The notes beneath the pieces were generated by a model, which searched no databases, had not been told where the DNA came from, and saw only the letters and a program-made list of their open reading frames with translations. This document shows positions 38,579 through 49,361 of a DNA stretch of 64,000 nt, one piece after another. This DNA is from Desulfobacterium sp. (GTDB taxonomy: Bacteria > Desulfobacterota > Desulfobacteria > Desulfobacterales > Desulfobacteraceae): assembly GCA_016342325.1 (NCBI GenBank), contig JAEINR010000003.1:35106-99105 (forward strand). Reading direction: 5' to 3'. Made by a program: the position numbers and the translations under genes. Positions within the stretch are counted from its first letter, which is position 1. The number at the start of each line of letters is the position of its first letter.

Positions 38579-38596
38579 GGGGCCGGATGCCTTTCG

Positions 38597-40300
38597 TTAG
38601 AAGATTGCCGATAGTATACCTGCAATGATAAAATGTGATTCAACTATAAATTCAAGTCGTGTGCCTGGAAGAATTTTTCCTTTTTTGCTGGAGTTGACCA
38701 CATAGAGCATGGAAACAGGGAGCAAGGCCAGTAATAATCCAGTTTTCGGGATAATGGTGAATAGCGTCGACAGGGCAAGCGTAAGGGATACGGTCAGCAG
38801 AACCCCGAAAATGAGGGTGATGCTCTGTTTCTCTCCAAGAAGAATGGGAAGGGTTTCTTTGCCGGTGATTCTGTCCCCCTGTATCTCCAGGAGGTCAAAA
38901 AAGGCGGTCCTTGCAAACACAAGTCCTGTGGAAAAGATCAGCGCCGGCAGGAACCCAAGGCCTGTGGGGTCAGAAACCGCAGGGAGAATGGCGGTGACCG
39001 TTCCCCAGGCTGCGGCAATGAGCAGGGTCTTTGAACCCGGAATATCCTTGATCCGCTTGATCCCGGAGGATCCCGGGAGAATTCTCAGGTTGTAGGAGAG
39101 CCCCAGCAGGCTCATCACGAACAGAATGGCAAAGGAGAGGGGGCTTGTGAAAATGGTGAGGCAGAGCCCTCCCGCCCCGCTTACCAGGGCAAGAAGAATG
39201 AGATAAGGGCGGTTATCCCTGTAAAATCTCGCCCTGTCCGGGTGATTGTATCGGTCCGACTTGATGGTAAACAGATTGTTGATGACCTGCATGGAGAGGA
39301 TGTAGAGCATGGCCACGGCTGCATGGCTGAGGCTGTTGTCCAATCCCTGTAGCATGGCGCAGGCATAGGTGAGGCAACCGGCCCCCAGGGAGAGCAGAAA
39401 GTTGGTCTTGAGAAGAAAGCTCAGCCCGGTCAAGACCACGGATGTCAGGGTGCCGTGTTTTTTTCCAAGGGCGTCCTCAAGGGTTCTGCAGGTCTTGTTG
39501 ATGATCCAGTTGGGAGTGGACGCTCCGGCCGTGATGGCGATGCTCTCGGCCTTGGAGAGGGTCTCAAGGTCAAGCTCGGAGACATCTTCGATGTGAAAGG
39601 CGGGTTTTCCGGAATCCCTTGCTACCTGGGCGAGCCGCTGGGTGTTGCCGCTCTGCTTTCCGCCGATCACCACCACGGCATCGTTGGTTTCGGTAATTCT
39701 CCGGGTTTCGGTCTGGCGCTTTTCCGTGGAGTCGCAGATGGTGTCAAACACCTTGTAGTCCGGGTGGTTCTCCCGGGCCCAGGTCTTGACTTTTTCAAAA
39801 AGATGGGTGTCCTGGGTTGTCTGGGCAACGATGATCGCTTTGTCATATTCGGGAAGGCCTTGCAGTTCCTCCATGGAGGATGCTGTGACTCCCCGTTCTT
39901 CGGAATGGCCCAGAAGCCCTTTGACTTCAGGATGATCACGGTCCCCCAGGATGATGCTTGCGTACCCCTTTTGGGCATGCTTTTTGATGATGGTCTGAAC
40001 CCGGATTACCCTGGGGCAGGTGGCGTCGATCACCGTGAAACCGGCCTGCTTCAACTGTTCCTGGTCCTGGGGCGGGACGCCGTGGGCCCTGATGAGGATG
40101 GTTCCCTCACCTTTCTCCGGGATCTGGTTGATGCTGGGAATGCCTTTCTCTTCCAGCATTTTAAGGATCTGGGGATTATGGATCAGCGGGCCGTAGGTGC
40201 AGATGCTCCCCTGGGTGGTGTTGGAGGCGTCCAGCACTATTTCGACTGCACGGCGAACGCCCATGCAGAATCCTGCGGTTCTGGCGATGGTGATCTTCAT
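38597..40300 (-). CDS. ispH: 4-hydroxy-3-methylbut-2-enyl diphosphate reductase fused to a UbiA-like multi-TM domain
   Basis: AGFCMGV, IHNP, RAHG, DATCP, HPEV, AQTT, TICDST, SGNT, TAGASTP; then about 280 aa with ~8 TM and DLLEIQGD..KETLPILLG. Confidence 0.88.
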   Translation of the reverse strand: MKITIARTAGFCMGVRRAVEIVLDASNTTQGSICTYGPLIHNPQILKMLEEKGIPSINQIPEKGEGTILIRAHGVPPQDQEQLKQAGFTVIDATCPRVIRVQTIIKKHAQKGYASIILGDRDHPEVKGLLGHSEERGVTASSMEELQGLPEYDKAIIVAQTTQDTHLFEKVKTWARENHPDYKVFDTICDSTEKRQTETRRITETNDAVVVIGGKQSGNTQRLAQVARDSGKPAFHIEDVSELDLETLSKAESIAITAGASTPNWIINKTCRTLEDALGKKHGTLTSVVLTGLSFLLKTNFLLSLGAGCLTYACAMLQGLDNSLSHAAVAMLYILSMQVINNLFTIKSDRYNHPDRARFYRDNRPYLILLALVSGAGGLCLTIFTSPLSFAILFVMSLLGLSYNLRILPGSSGIKRIKDIPGSKTLLIAAAWGTVTAILPAVSDPTGLGFLPALIFSTGLVFARTAFFDLLEIQGDRITGKETLPILLGEKQSITLIFGVLLTVSLTLALSTLFTIIPKTGLLLALLPVSMLYVVNSSKKGKILPGTRLEFIVESHFIIAGILSAIF

Positions 40301-41166
40301 GAAAGCGTGCTTAACAGTTCCACAAGTCTCTGGAACTCCTCTTTGGTTTTAAATCCTATTTCAAACCGTCCTTTATCCCCCTTGCTTTTGATCTTGACCG
40401 TGGAGTTGACCTTTTGGGACAGGGTCGCACAGAGTTTTTTTAACTCCCGGTCCTGGGATGGGGGTGCAGGGGGCGCCGGTTTTTCCTGTTCGGCCTTGAT
40501 TTGCTGTACCAGCTGTTCCGTTGCCCGGACAGAGAGTGCTTTATCCATCACCTTGAGCCATGCCCTGATCTGGTTGTCTTCAGATCCTGCTCCCAAAATC
40601 GCCCGGGCATGTCCGGTGGAGATCTCTTTTTTGGCGAGGCTCTGGCGTATGGCCTCGGGCAGTCCCCTGAGCCTCAGGAAGTTTGCAATGGTGGAGCGGT
40701 TTTTTCCGATGCGCTTTGCAACCATTTCCTGGGTGTAGTTGAATTCCGAGATAAGCCGGTGATAGGCCTCGGCTTCCTCCAGGGGGTTGAGGGCCTCCCG
40801 CTGGATGTTTTCGATGATGGAGACCTCCAGCATCTGTTCATCCGTAAGGTCCCTGACAAGGGCGGGAACATGGCTGAATTCCGCTTTTTGAGCGGCCCGG
40901 AAGCGTCGCTCCCCGGCAATGAGCTCATAGGTGTCGTTCTGTTTCCTGACCAGCACCGGCTGGAGAATCCCCTGTTCCATGATGGAGTCTTTGAGTCTCT
41001 CAAGGTCCTCCTCCACAAAGGTGGTACGGGGTTGGAATCTGTTGGGGATGATATCCTCGATCCTGCACATGAAAAAGTCGCTGGGGTTGTCATCCAAGGA
41101 TTCAAGGTCGGGAATCAGGGCGGATATACCTCTGCCAAGTCCTGTGTTCTTCTTTTTTTTGCTCAT
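40297..41166 (-). CDS. parB: ParB/Spo0J partition protein
   Basis: LGRGISALI, PNRFQPR, LIAGERRFRA, IENIQREALNPLEEA, GHARA. Confidence 0.95.
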   Translation of the reverse strand: MSKKKKNTGLGRGISALIPDLESLDDNPSDFFMCRIEDIIPNRFQPRTTFVEEDLERLKDSIMEQGILQPVLVRKQNDTYELIAGERRFRAAQKAEFSHVPALVRDLTDEQMLEVSIIENIQREALNPLEEAEAYHRLISEFNYTQEMVAKRIGKNRSTIANFLRLRGLPEAIRQSLAKKEISTGHARAILGAGSEDNQIRAWLKVMDKALSVRATEQLVQQIKAEQEKPAPPAPPSQDRELKKLCATLSQKVNSTVKIKSKGDKGRFEIGFKTKEEFQRLVELLSTLS

Positions 41167-41921
41167 CTTTGGAGAAGTTCCTTTGCAAGGTCCAGATAGC
41201 TCTTGGAGCCTTTGGAGGCGGGATCGTAAACAATCACCGGCATGCCGAAACTGGGGGCTTCGCCCAGTTTGACGTTCCGGGGTATTTTTGTTTTGAAAAT
41301 CATCTCTTTAAAATGATTCTCAGCATCTTCGACAACCTGGCGGGCCAGGTTGGTTCTTCGGTCATACATGGTCAAAAGTATTCCTTTTATCTTCAGGCCG
41401 GGGTTGAGGGATAGCTTTATCCGTTTGATGGTGGCAAGAAGCTGCCCCAGGCCTTCCAGGGCGAAAAACTCGCTCTGAAGAGGAATGATAACTGAATCGG
41501 CCGCCGTGAGTGCGTTCAGAGTCAACAGGCTCAGGGACGGGGGGCAGTCGATGATGACATAGTCGTACGGGTCCTTTACCCCGGCAAGAAGCTTTTTGAG
41601 CACCTCCTCCCTTCCTTGGGATGCCATCATTTCAACCTCAAAACCAATCAGATCCACATTGGCAGGAAGTATCTTCAGGTTTTTCACCTGGGTGGAAATG
41701 ATGAGCTCATGGGGCTCGCTCTCCCGGATGAGACCGTGGTACAGGGAACGAGCAAGGGAGGGCTTGTCTATCCCGGTGGCCGTTGTTGCATTGGCCTGGG
41801 GATCACAGTCCACAAGCAGGGTTTTTTTCCCTGAAACGGCAAGGGCAGCGGAAAGATTCACCGCCGTGGTGGTCTTGCCCACGCCCCCTTTCTGGTTGGA
41901 TATGCAGATGGTTTGTGTCAT
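41163..41921 (-). CDS. parA: ParA/Soj partition ATPase
   Basis: NQKGGVGKTTT, DCDPQANAT, IIDCPPSL, IPRNVKLGEAPSFG. Confidence 0.95.
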   Translation of the reverse strand: MTQTICISNQKGGVGKTTTAVNLSAALAVSGKKTLLVDCDPQANATTATGIDKPSLARSLYHGLIRESEPHELIISTQVKNLKILPANVDLIGFEVEMMASQGREEVLKKLLAGVKDPYDYVIIDCPPSLSLLTLNALTAADSVIIPLQSEFFALEGLGQLLATIKRIKLSLNPGLKIKGILLTMYDRRTNLARQVVEDAENHFKEMIFKTKIPRNVKLGEAPSFGMPVIVYDPASKGSKSYLDLAKELLQR

Positions 41922-42057
41922 AGTGATGAACAGATATCACACTTCCGGGGGCAGGGCAAATGCAAATAACGGGCAACTGTGTCGGTTATTCTCAAACCGT
42001 TTACGGCATTTCAGGTTTTCCTGACTAAACAGGCTTGAACACAGGTAAAAATCATCA

Positions 42058-42459
42058 TTATTGCCTGTGACCGGGTAAAACGTCCAGGCGTATTCTTCGT
42101 GTTCTGGGGCCGTCAAACTCGCAGAAAAAGACTCCCTGCCAGGCCCCGAGAACCAGGGCGCCCTTTTCCACCATAAGGGTCTGGGAGGTTCCCACCAGGG
42201 TCGTTTTGACATGGGCTGCGGCGTTTCCTTCCAGATGGCGGTAGTTGTCTTCCCAGGGAACCAGCTTTTTCAGCACGCTGACCATGTCGGTTCGGACATC
42301 CGGGTCCCAGGCTTCGTTGATGGTGATCCCGGCCGTGGTGTGCAGGGAAAAAAGATGGACAATGCCGTTCCTGATGCCTGTTTCGGCGACGGCCTGTTTG
42401 ATTCTGTCGGTTACGTCGATCATTTCGCTTTTCCGGGTTGACTTGACGGTGATCAGCAT
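42058..42459 (-). CDS. yjbQ: YjbQ/UPF0047 family protein
   Basis: HTTAGITINE, HLEGNAAAHVK, LGAWQGVFFCEFDGPRTR. Confidence 0.9.
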   Translation of the reverse strand: MLITVKSTRKSEMIDVTDRIKQAVAETGIRNGIVHLFSLHTTAGITINEAWDPDVRTDMVSVLKKLVPWEDNYRHLEGNAAAHVKTTLVGTSQTLMVEKGALVLGAWQGVFFCEFDGPRTRRIRLDVLPGHRQ

Positions 42460-42501
42460 AGGGATTCCTTGTGATTTTGTGTTGACGGGGGCGGGCTTCT
42501 T

Positions 42502-42582
42502 TATAATGCTGGTCAAATGACGTGATACCAACTCACGTAATATTAATACGTAGCGGTATCAATTGGCCTGACCAGAGCTATA
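42502..42582 (+). mobile_element. MITE-like repeat family B, copy 2 (81 bp)
   Basis: TATAATGCTGGTCAAATGACGTGATACC...GGTATCAATTGGCCTGACCAGAGCTATA. Confidence 0.72.
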
Positions 42583-42757
42583 ATTGTCCGTTGGATTTAA
42601 ACATATTAATAAAAAGAGAATTAGGCAAGCCTGACCCCGATTGCTTCTATTGCTTTCCCGGTCAGGTAGGCCTTGGCCGCAAGATTTTGGTACCGGGCCG
42701 GAAGCGGTGGTGCTGTCCGGGGTTGAAATCCCAAAGGATATCAAGTATAGAATTGAT

Positions 42758-44182
42758 ATGAAACCGTTGAAATCAAAATTGCTATCAACCATAGTTGCAA
42801 TCGTGCTGGTTGTATTCCTCTCCTTTTCCCAGGCCCTGGCGCTTTCCGTCAAGGAGGAGAAGGAGATGGCTGAAAAATTCATGACCATGATCCGGAAGCA
42901 GATGACCCTTATCGACGATCCCCTTGCCTTAAGCCTTGTCAGGGAAATAGGCAAAAGGGTGGTAGCCCAACTGCCGCCCCAGCCCTTTGAATACACCTTT
43001 CACATCGTGGACAGCGATCAGTTCAACGCCTTTGCGTCCCCCGGGGCCAACATTTTTGTTAACAGGGGGTTGATCACCTCCCTTGATAATTCAGATGAGC
43101 TCGCAGGAATCCTCGGTCATGAATCCGGCCATGCTGCCTGTCGCCATATTTCCCAGATGATCGACAAGTCAAAGCTTGTGAACATCGGCACCCTTGCAGG
43201 GGTGCTGGCCGGTGTGCTTGTGGGGGCCAAAGGCGGCGGGGATTCGGCCCAGGCCGTGGTCATGGGTACCCTGGCAACGGGTCAGACAGCCATGCTGGCC
43301 TACAGCCGGGAAAACGAGGAGGAGGCGGATCAAAAAGGTCTCGCCTACATAAAAAAGGCAGGGTTTTCTCCGGACGGCCTCCTGACCGGCCTGGAAAAGA
43401 TCCGGGCCAACGACTGGTACGGTACGGAGAGTATCCCCGGATACCTGAAGACCCATCCCGGTTCCAAGGAGCGGATCATCTACATCCAGTCCTGGCTCCA
43501 GGACCACATAAAAGAACCTGTGATCGATAACGGTATCGATCCGAGCCGGTTTGAGATGGTAAAATATCGGCTGGCAGGGCTATACGGGTACGAGGATGCC
43601 ACGGAAACCATGCTGATGAAAATGCTGAAACAGCAACCGGACAATGCTGCCGTCCATTACGGACTCGCCCTGGTGCTGGTGCGGAAATCGCGGTTGGATC
43701 AGGCCCTTTCCCACTTGAAGCAGGGGCTTGCACTGAAGGTGTTTGATCCCTGGCTCCTGATGGAGCTGGGCAGGGTATATGTGTTGAAGGGGGAGCCGGA
43801 AAAAGCCCTGGAGGTTCTTCAAGGGCTTGACTCTGTTGCGGATCTAAAGCTTCCCTTTCTCTTTTACCGGGGGAGTGCAAGGCATGACCTGGGCCTGCTG
43901 GACAAGGCCAAGGAAGATTTCACGGGGGTGGTCGAGGCCGATTGCACGACCTTTCCAAGGGTTTACTACAACCTGGCAAGCATTGCCGGAAAGGAGGGAA
44001 AACAGGGTCTTTCCCACTATTACCTTGGCCTCTACTACCACAAGATAAACGATGGAAAAAATGCCCTGTTTCATCTTGAAAAAAGTCTCCCGGACCTCAT
44101 CGATTCCGACAGGATCGAGAAGGCCGGGAAGATCATATCCGAGCTTAAAAAACAGAAGAAAATAGTGTTGTTCAAGTCTTAA
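42758..44182 (+). CDS. M48-family (BepA/YfgC-like) zinc metalloprotease with TPR repeats
   Basis: Signal peptide; FNAFASPG; LGHESGH (HExxH); YSRENEEEAD; THP; TPR-like C-terminus. Confidence 0.9.
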   Translation: MKPLKSKLLSTIVAIVLVVFLSFSQALALSVKEEKEMAEKFMTMIRKQMTLIDDPLALSLVREIGKRVVAQLPPQPFEYTFHIVDSDQFNAFASPGANIFVNRGLITSLDNSDELAGILGHESGHAACRHISQMIDKSKLVNIGTLAGVLAGVLVGAKGGGDSAQAVVMGTLATGQTAMLAYSRENEEEADQKGLAYIKKAGFSPDGLLTGLEKIRANDWYGTESIPGYLKTHPGSKERIIYIQSWLQDHIKEPVIDNGIDPSRFEMVKYRLAGLYGYEDATETMLMKMLKQQPDNAAVHYGLALVLVRKSRLDQALSHLKQGLALKVFDPWLLMELGRVYVLKGEPEKALEVLQGLDSVADLKLPFLFYRGSARHDLGLLDKAKEDFTGVVEADCTTFPRVYYNLASIAGKEGKQGLSHYYLGLYYHKINDGKNALFHLEKSLPDLIDSDRIEKAGKIISELKKQKKIVLFKS

Positions 44183-44251
44183 CCCGGACCGGCCAGAACC
44201 AAAGCGGTTCTCTGATTTTCCTGCCAAAAGAACACGAAAATCAGAGATAAG
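44180..44251 (-). repeat. Dispersed intergenic repeat family A, copy 3
   Basis: Reverse complement aligns to copy 2; its terminal TAA is the stop codon of the M48 gene. Confidence 0.8.
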
Positions 44252-44262
44252 AGTTTCGCTTA

Positions 44263-46296
44263 TCAGGCCTTGTCAAACCGTGAAAACTGCATGGTATAAG
44301 TGCCCCGGCCCTGGGTGGCGGATCTGAGGGCCGTGGAGTAGCCGAACATCTTTGCCAGGGGAACCGTTGCCGTGACGACCTGCACATCAGCCTTTGGGGT
44401 GATGGCTTCGATCTTGCCGCCCCGGGTGTTGAGGTCGGCGATGGCATCCCCCATGTTCTTATCCGTGAGGAACACTTCCACATCCATGATGGGCTCCAGG
44501 AGAAACATTCCTGCCTTTTCCAAGGCATTTCTGCAGGCCATGGAGGCGCATACGGAAAAGCCCAGGTCCGAACTCTGGGATTCGTTGAACGATCCGCCGG
44601 CAAGAACGATTTCAATGTCAACCACGGGATACCCCCGGAGAAATCCGCTCTCAAGGGCGTCCTTTGCCCCTTTTTCAACGGCTGCAACATATTGTTCCGG
44701 AATCTCATCTTCCGGGGCCTCGCAGCGAAAGCTGATCCCGTCTCCCCTTTCCTGGGGATTGAGCTGAAGTGTTACCTCGGCAAAGTGGTGTTTTCCGGAG
44801 ATCTCCCGGTCAAACACGGCATGGCCTTGGGATTTGACTTCCAGGGCCTCCCGGTAGACAACCTGGGGTTTGCCCACGTTTACTTCGGTCTTAAATTCCC
44901 GTTGCATGCGGCTGATGATGATCTCAAGGTGGAGTTCGCCCATGCCGGAGAGGATGGTCTGCCCCGTGTCTTCATCCGTTGTCACGGTAAGGGTGGGATC
45001 CTCGATGGTGAATTTCTTCAGCACCTCGTCGAGCTTTTCCTGGTCTGCATGGGTCTTGGGTTCGATGGCGATGGAGATGACCGGTTTGTCAAACTCCATT
45101 TTTTCAAGCAGTATGGGCGTTTTTTCAGAGCAGAGCGTCTCTCCTGTGGAGGTGTCCTTGAGCCCGACAATGCCGACGATGTCGCCGGCAGAGGCTGACT
45201 CGACCCGTTCCCGCTTGTTGGCGTGCATCTGCAGGATCCTTGAGAGCTTCTCTTTTTTCTTGAGGGCGGGATTGTAGACCTCCGAGCCGGAAACAAGGGT
45301 GCCGCTGTAGATCCTTGCAAAGGAGAGCTTTCTTCCTTCGATCATGGAGACCTTGAAGATGAGCGCAGCCAGGGGGGCTGATTTCTGGGCCGGGTACGCG
45401 ATGGGCTCTTCCGTGTCCGGGTGGATGCCGGGCATGGGCGGAATGTCCACAGGACTTGGTAGAAAAGCTTGTATGGCGTCGAGCAATGGCTGTATGCCCT
45501 TGTTCCTCAGGGCTGTTCCGCAGAGCACGGGAACGAGCTTTCTTTCGATGGTGGCCCTTCGGATGGCGTCCGTAAGATCTGCCGGGGGGATGGGTTCCTC
45601 TGACAGGTAGAGTTCCATGATCTCGTCGTCCACCTCTGCCACGGTTTCGATCAACTTCTCCCTGAATTCTTCGGCCTCATCCTTCAGGTCCGGGTTGATC
45701 TCGTTTGTGGTGAACTCCGCACCCATGGTGTCATCATCCCAGGTGATCTCCTTCATGGTCAGAAGATCGATCACCCCTGTGTAGGTCTCCTCTTTTCCAA
45801 CCGGAATCTGGATCATCAGGGGATTTGCCTTGAGCCTCTCCTTCATCATTTCAACGACGTTGAAAAAGTCGGCTCCGGTTCTGTCCATCTTGTTGATAAA
45901 GGCCATTCTTGGCACTTTGTAGCGGTCGGCCTGGCGCCACACGGTTTCGGATTGGGGCTCCACGCCTCCCACGGCACAGAATACCCCCACGGCGCCGTCC
46001 AGTACCCTCAGGGCCCTTTCGACTTCAATGGTGAAATCCACGTGGCCCGGGGTGTCGATGATCTGGATCTGGGAGGTCTTCCACTGGCAGGTGGTAACGG
46101 CCGAGGTGATCGTGATCCCCCGGTTTTGTTCATCCTCCATCCAGTCCATGACCGCCTCGCCGTCATGGACCTCTCCTATCTTGTGGGAGCGGCCTGTGTA
46201 GTAGAGGATCCGTTCGGTGACCGTTGTTTTGCCCGCATCTATGTGGGCCATGATTCCGATGTTGCGTATCTGCTTAATATTGGTTTTTTTGGTCAT
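44263..46296 (-). CDS. fusA: Elongation factor G paralog, outside the rpsL-rpsG-fusA-tuf context
   Basis: [49 protein letters not shown]. Confidence 0.93.
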   Translation of the reverse strand: MTKKTNIKQIRNIGIMAHIDAGKTTVTERILYYTGRSHKIGEVHDGEAVMDWMEDEQNRGITITSAVTTCQWKTSQIQIIDTPGHVDFTIEVERALRVLDGAVGVFCAVGGVEPQSETVWRQADRYKVPRMAFINKMDRTGADFFNVVEMMKERLKANPLMIQIPVGKEETYTGVIDLLTMKEITWDDDTMGAEFTTNEINPDLKDEAEEFREKLIETVAEVDDEIMELYLSEEPIPPADLTDAIRRATIERKLVPVLCGTALRNKGIQPLLDAIQAFLPSPVDIPPMPGIHPDTEEPIAYPAQKSAPLAALIFKVSMIEGRKLSFARIYSGTLVSGSEVYNPALKKKEKLSRILQMHANKRERVESASAGDIVGIVGLKDTSTGETLCSEKTPILLEKMEFDKPVISIAIEPKTHADQEKLDEVLKKFTIEDPTLTVTTDEDTGQTILSGMGELHLEIIISRMQREFKTEVNVGKPQVVYREALEVKSQGHAVFDREISGKHHFAEVTLQLNPQERGDGISFRCEAPEDEIPEQYVAAVEKGAKDALESGFLRGYPVVDIEIVLAGGSFNESQSSDLGFSVCASMACRNALEKAGMFLLEPIMDVEVFLTDKNMGDAIADLNTRGGKIEAITPKADVQVVTATVPLAKMFGYSTALRSATQGRGTYTMQFSRFDKA

Positions 46297-46443
46297 GGTT
46301 ATTTCTGCATGCTTGTTTCGTAAAAGTTAAGATCAAAAGGCCTGGTCAGGGTTTTGGACCGGCACCGGATGAGAATCGTCGCTGGTTTTCCGGTCAGGCT
46401 TCAGCATGATGCCATAGCATAAACCTTTAAATTAAAAAAATAT

Positions 46444-46472
46444 TTGATACCGTATTGGTTGAAAAGTGTCAA
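46444..46472 (-). promoter_or_regulatory. Putative sigma70 promoter of the EF-G paralog
   Basis: TTGACA-17 bp-TATCAA on the minus strand. Confidence 0.5.
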
Positions 46473-46683
46473 GAAAATAACCTGTGGGGGATAGTGGGGC
46501 TGGTTTTCTTGATGTAAGCGATGGGGTTGGGGTTTTTTATCGAATTCATTGGGTTGGGGTTGTGGCGGCGCTGGCCGCGTTTGTATAATCCTGTAATCCG
46601 CTTGACAGGGTTATTTTTTTAAACTAAGGGTATGACTGAGCGCTCGATCAATATTGTGGTTCTAACATTATTTGGAGGAAAAC

Positions 46684-47433
46684 ATGGAGGAGAAGGACAC
46701 AGTACTCGAAGATGCCGACCATGGGCTGTTATTGAAAATGGTTGTGGATTCGTTCAGAAGAACCCTGGTCCACTATGGTCAGTGGTTTGCCCAGGTGGAA
46801 CATCAGCTTGGTACTGAAAAGGCCATGGATGTAGAAAGCGGGGTGTGGGATGCAACCTTGAAAAACCAGATGGGTCGCCTGGGTAAGACCCTGGGATTTG
46901 AGGTGGTCGACGGCGTACCGGCGGCACTCACGGAGATGTCCAGGGAGGATCTTCTGGGCCTTTTGAAAACCATGGGCGTGAACTGGCTTGCCAACGACGG
47001 CATCTGGTTCCAGGCTGTTGAGCAGCGGCATGGTATGAACGATGCCAAACGGTGCAACGACACCTGTTGGACCCGCTACTCACCCTATGAGGCAAAAAGA
47101 ATCAAGGAGGTCCTTGATTTGCCGGAAAACGGCGGTATTCCGGCCCTGAAAAAGGCTCTGAAGTTCCGTATGTACGCCACCCTCAACCGGCAATCCATCG
47201 AAGATATCGATGAAAACACCATCATCTTTCGCATGAACGAGTGCCGGGTCCAGGTGGCGCGAAAGCGAAAAGGGCTTGATGATTATCCGTGCAAGTCCGT
47301 GGGCCTGGTCGAATACCCCTATTTTGCCGCAGCCATTGATCCAAGGATTACCACCGAATGTATCGGCTGCCCGCCGGACGATCATCCTGAAGATTGGTAC
47401 TGCGCCTGGAAGTTCACCTTGAACAATCCTTGA
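46684..47433 (+). CDS. DUF6125-like protein with internal duplication
   Basis: GGAGG RBS; repeated H/D-G-x-WF..VE motif (VHYGQWFAQVE, ANDGIWFQAVE); CRVQ.AR.RKGL..YPC; CIGCPPD. Confidence 0.65.
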   Translation: MEEKDTVLEDADHGLLLKMVVDSFRRTLVHYGQWFAQVEHQLGTEKAMDVESGVWDATLKNQMGRLGKTLGFEVVDGVPAALTEMSREDLLGLLKTMGVNWLANDGIWFQAVEQRHGMNDAKRCNDTCWTRYSPYEAKRIKEVLDLPENGGIPALKKALKFRMYATLNRQSIEDIDENTIIFRMNECRVQVARKRKGLDDYPCKSVGLVEYPYFAAAIDPRITTECIGCPPDDHPEDWYCAWKFTLNNP

Positions 47434-47448
47434 CCCTAGGAGGTTGCC

Positions 47449-47952
47449 ATGTCCAACAACATTCTTGATTTTTCCATGAACCGTTGTACCAGCGTCAGGG
47501 CCATCGATACCACCCGTCTTAAATCCGAGTGTACCCTTCGGGATTCCTTCACCGACGCAAGGGTGGAAATCATCGTTGCCATGCCTGATCTTACCATCTC
47601 CAGTGTCACAGGCCATTTCCACCACGCCTGGCTTAGGGAAAGCGATACCCTTGGGCCCGTTTTTGATAAACTTGTCGATGTCAGGGTGGGGCCCGGCATG
47701 CTCAAAATCATTAAGGGACTCGTCGGGGAGGCCGAGCACCTGAAAGAGCTCACCTACATGGTGGAGGAGTGCTGCCACGGTGTTATTCTCTCCCTGACGA
47801 AAAAGGTGCTGCTCAAGGCCCCGGATGATGAGGCTGCTAAGGCCGATTTCTATTCCAACATGGTGATGGAGAGCATCCGGCTCTACGACCGCTGTGCCGC
47901 CTTTGCCAAGGGCACACCGCTGGTGGAAGGCTATGAACGCCGGAATCCTTAA
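47449..47952 (+). CDS. DUF2889-like protein
   Basis: GGAGG RBS; similar pattern to the N-terminus of the next gene (R.GPG..K.I..L.G); EECC. Confidence 0.55.
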   Translation: MSNNILDFSMNRCTSVRAIDTTRLKSECTLRDSFTDARVEIIVAMPDLTISSVTGHFHHAWLRESDTLGPVFDKLVDVRVGPGMLKIIKGLVGEAEHLKELTYMVEECCHGVILSLTKKVLLKAPDDEAAKADFYSNMVMESIRLYDRCAAFAKGTPLVEGYERRNP

Positions 47953-47969
47953 AAAAAGGGGGGAGTTTC

Positions 47970-49178
47970 ATGCTGGAATTTATGCGAAGCAAACGTGTGA
48001 GCGTGGCCCGAAAAGATCCGGAAACCTTCTCCATTCAGGCGGAACTGGATGATTCCATCTATAGCCTCGGGCTTTCTCTAAGGGTTCGAATCCGTGACCT
48101 GAAATGCCTTTCCATCAAGGGAGAGTGGCGGCGTTGGACCACCCCCGAATGTCCCCGGGCCCTTGGGTTCCTGGACCAGGCAGAGGGGTTCATTCTTGGG
48201 CCCGGCATTGAGGATAGAATTCACAAGACCCTGGGCCGAAACGCCTGCCGGCATTTTGCAAACCTGTTGATCGAATGCGCCCAGGTGGCCCAGGCGACCC
48301 AAAAGATGGTTCAATGGGAACAGGCAAAGGAAAGCGCACCGGATCTAACCCTCAAGGCGTTCATGGCCGGGAACGGGAGCAAACGCCCGGGGCTGACCGC
48401 TGGTGGTGATGGGGTCCCCGATTCCAGGGAAGGTTCAGGGGAAAGACCCGGGATTCAGGTCGTTGAAAACCAGGGACAACCGGTCCCGGTCCCGGAGAAA
48501 CCGGAACGCAATAACGACAATAAGCTAGGCCTGACCCCTGGGAATGGGTTTATGGTCGATCTTCATATCCACACCTTCCCTGCCTCTGCCTGTGCCTCTG
48601 ATTCCGCCGGGGCCATGGTTGCAGCAGCAAGGGAGAGGGGACTTGATGCCCTGTGTCTCACCGATCACAACCATGTGTGGCCCCAAAGGGCCGTGGACAG
48701 TTTGATGGATCACCTCAATTTCAGGATCTTCAGGGGCAATGAAATCATGACCGACCAGGGAGATATGCTGGTCTTTGGGTTTGACCAGGCCATTGAAACG
48801 GTGATCAAGCTCAAGGAGCTTGCCGACCTTGTGGAAAGGGCCAAGGGATTCATGATCGCGGCCCATCCCTTCCGGGGGTTCCTGACCTTTGGTACGGGCC
48901 AGCTCGGATTGACCCCCCAAAAGGCCATGGAGAGGGAGATGTTTAACCATGTCCACGCCATGGAGACCCTGAACGGAAAGGTCACCCAAAAGGAGAATCT
49001 CCTTGCCGCCCAGGTCGCCGAGGGTTTGGGGCTCCCCTGTACCGGGGGGAGCGATGCCCATGACGTTTCAAGTGTCGGTCGCTACGCAACACGGTTCAAT
49101 GACGCCCTTGCAAGCGAACAGGCGCTTGTTGAAGCCCTTCGGTCCGGTGCCTGTGCCCCGGTTTCGTTTTTCACCTGA
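47970..49178 (+). CDS. DUF2889-like domain fused to a PHP-family phosphoesterase
   Basis: TPECP..GPG..NACRHFANLL; then DLHIHT, LTDHN, AAHPFR, ETLNG, GGSDAH. Confidence 0.78.
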   Translation: MLEFMRSKRVSVARKDPETFSIQAELDDSIYSLGLSLRVRIRDLKCLSIKGEWRRWTTPECPRALGFLDQAEGFILGPGIEDRIHKTLGRNACRHFANLLIECAQVAQATQKMVQWEQAKESAPDLTLKAFMAGNGSKRPGLTAGGDGVPDSREGSGERPGIQVVENQGQPVPVPEKPERNNDNKLGLTPGNGFMVDLHIHTFPASACASDSAGAMVAAARERGLDALCLTDHNHVWPQRAVDSLMDHLNFRIFRGNEIMTDQGDMLVFGFDQAIETVIKLKELADLVERAKGFMIAAHPFRGFLTFGTGQLGLTPQKAMEREMFNHVHAMETLNGKVTQKENLLAAQVAEGLGLPCTGGSDAHDVSSVGRYATRFNDALASEQALVEALRSGACAPVSFFT

Positions 49179-49226
49179 CCCTGATCGGACAAGCCGGTAC
49201 GAAAGAGAAAATTTGATTTTCTTGCT

Positions 49227-49298
49227 TAACCTGGACAAGCCAGAACCAAAGTGTTTTTCTGATTCTCTTGCCAAGGTAACATAAAAATCAGAGCAAAG
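49227..49298 (-). repeat. Dispersed intergenic repeat family A, copy 4
   Basis: TAACCTGGACAAGCCAGAACCAAAG...TCTGATTCTCTTGCCAA...AAAATCAGAGCAAAG; followed by a partial echo AAAATCAGCGCTAAG. Confidence 0.82.
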
Positions 49299-49361
49299 AG
49301 CCTGAATAGCGCGAAAATCAGCGCTAAGACGCTAATAAATAATGAACAGGAGATTGTTTCC

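Noticed and set aside
40297-42500. parS sites or an origin near parAB
   Set aside because: No GTTTCACGTGAAAC-like palindrome or DnaA-box cluster found by eye.
48083-48093. tRNA T-loop-like GGTTCGAATCC
   Set aside because: Inside a coding sequence, with no cloverleaf or acceptor stem. No tRNA or rRNA was recognised anywhere.
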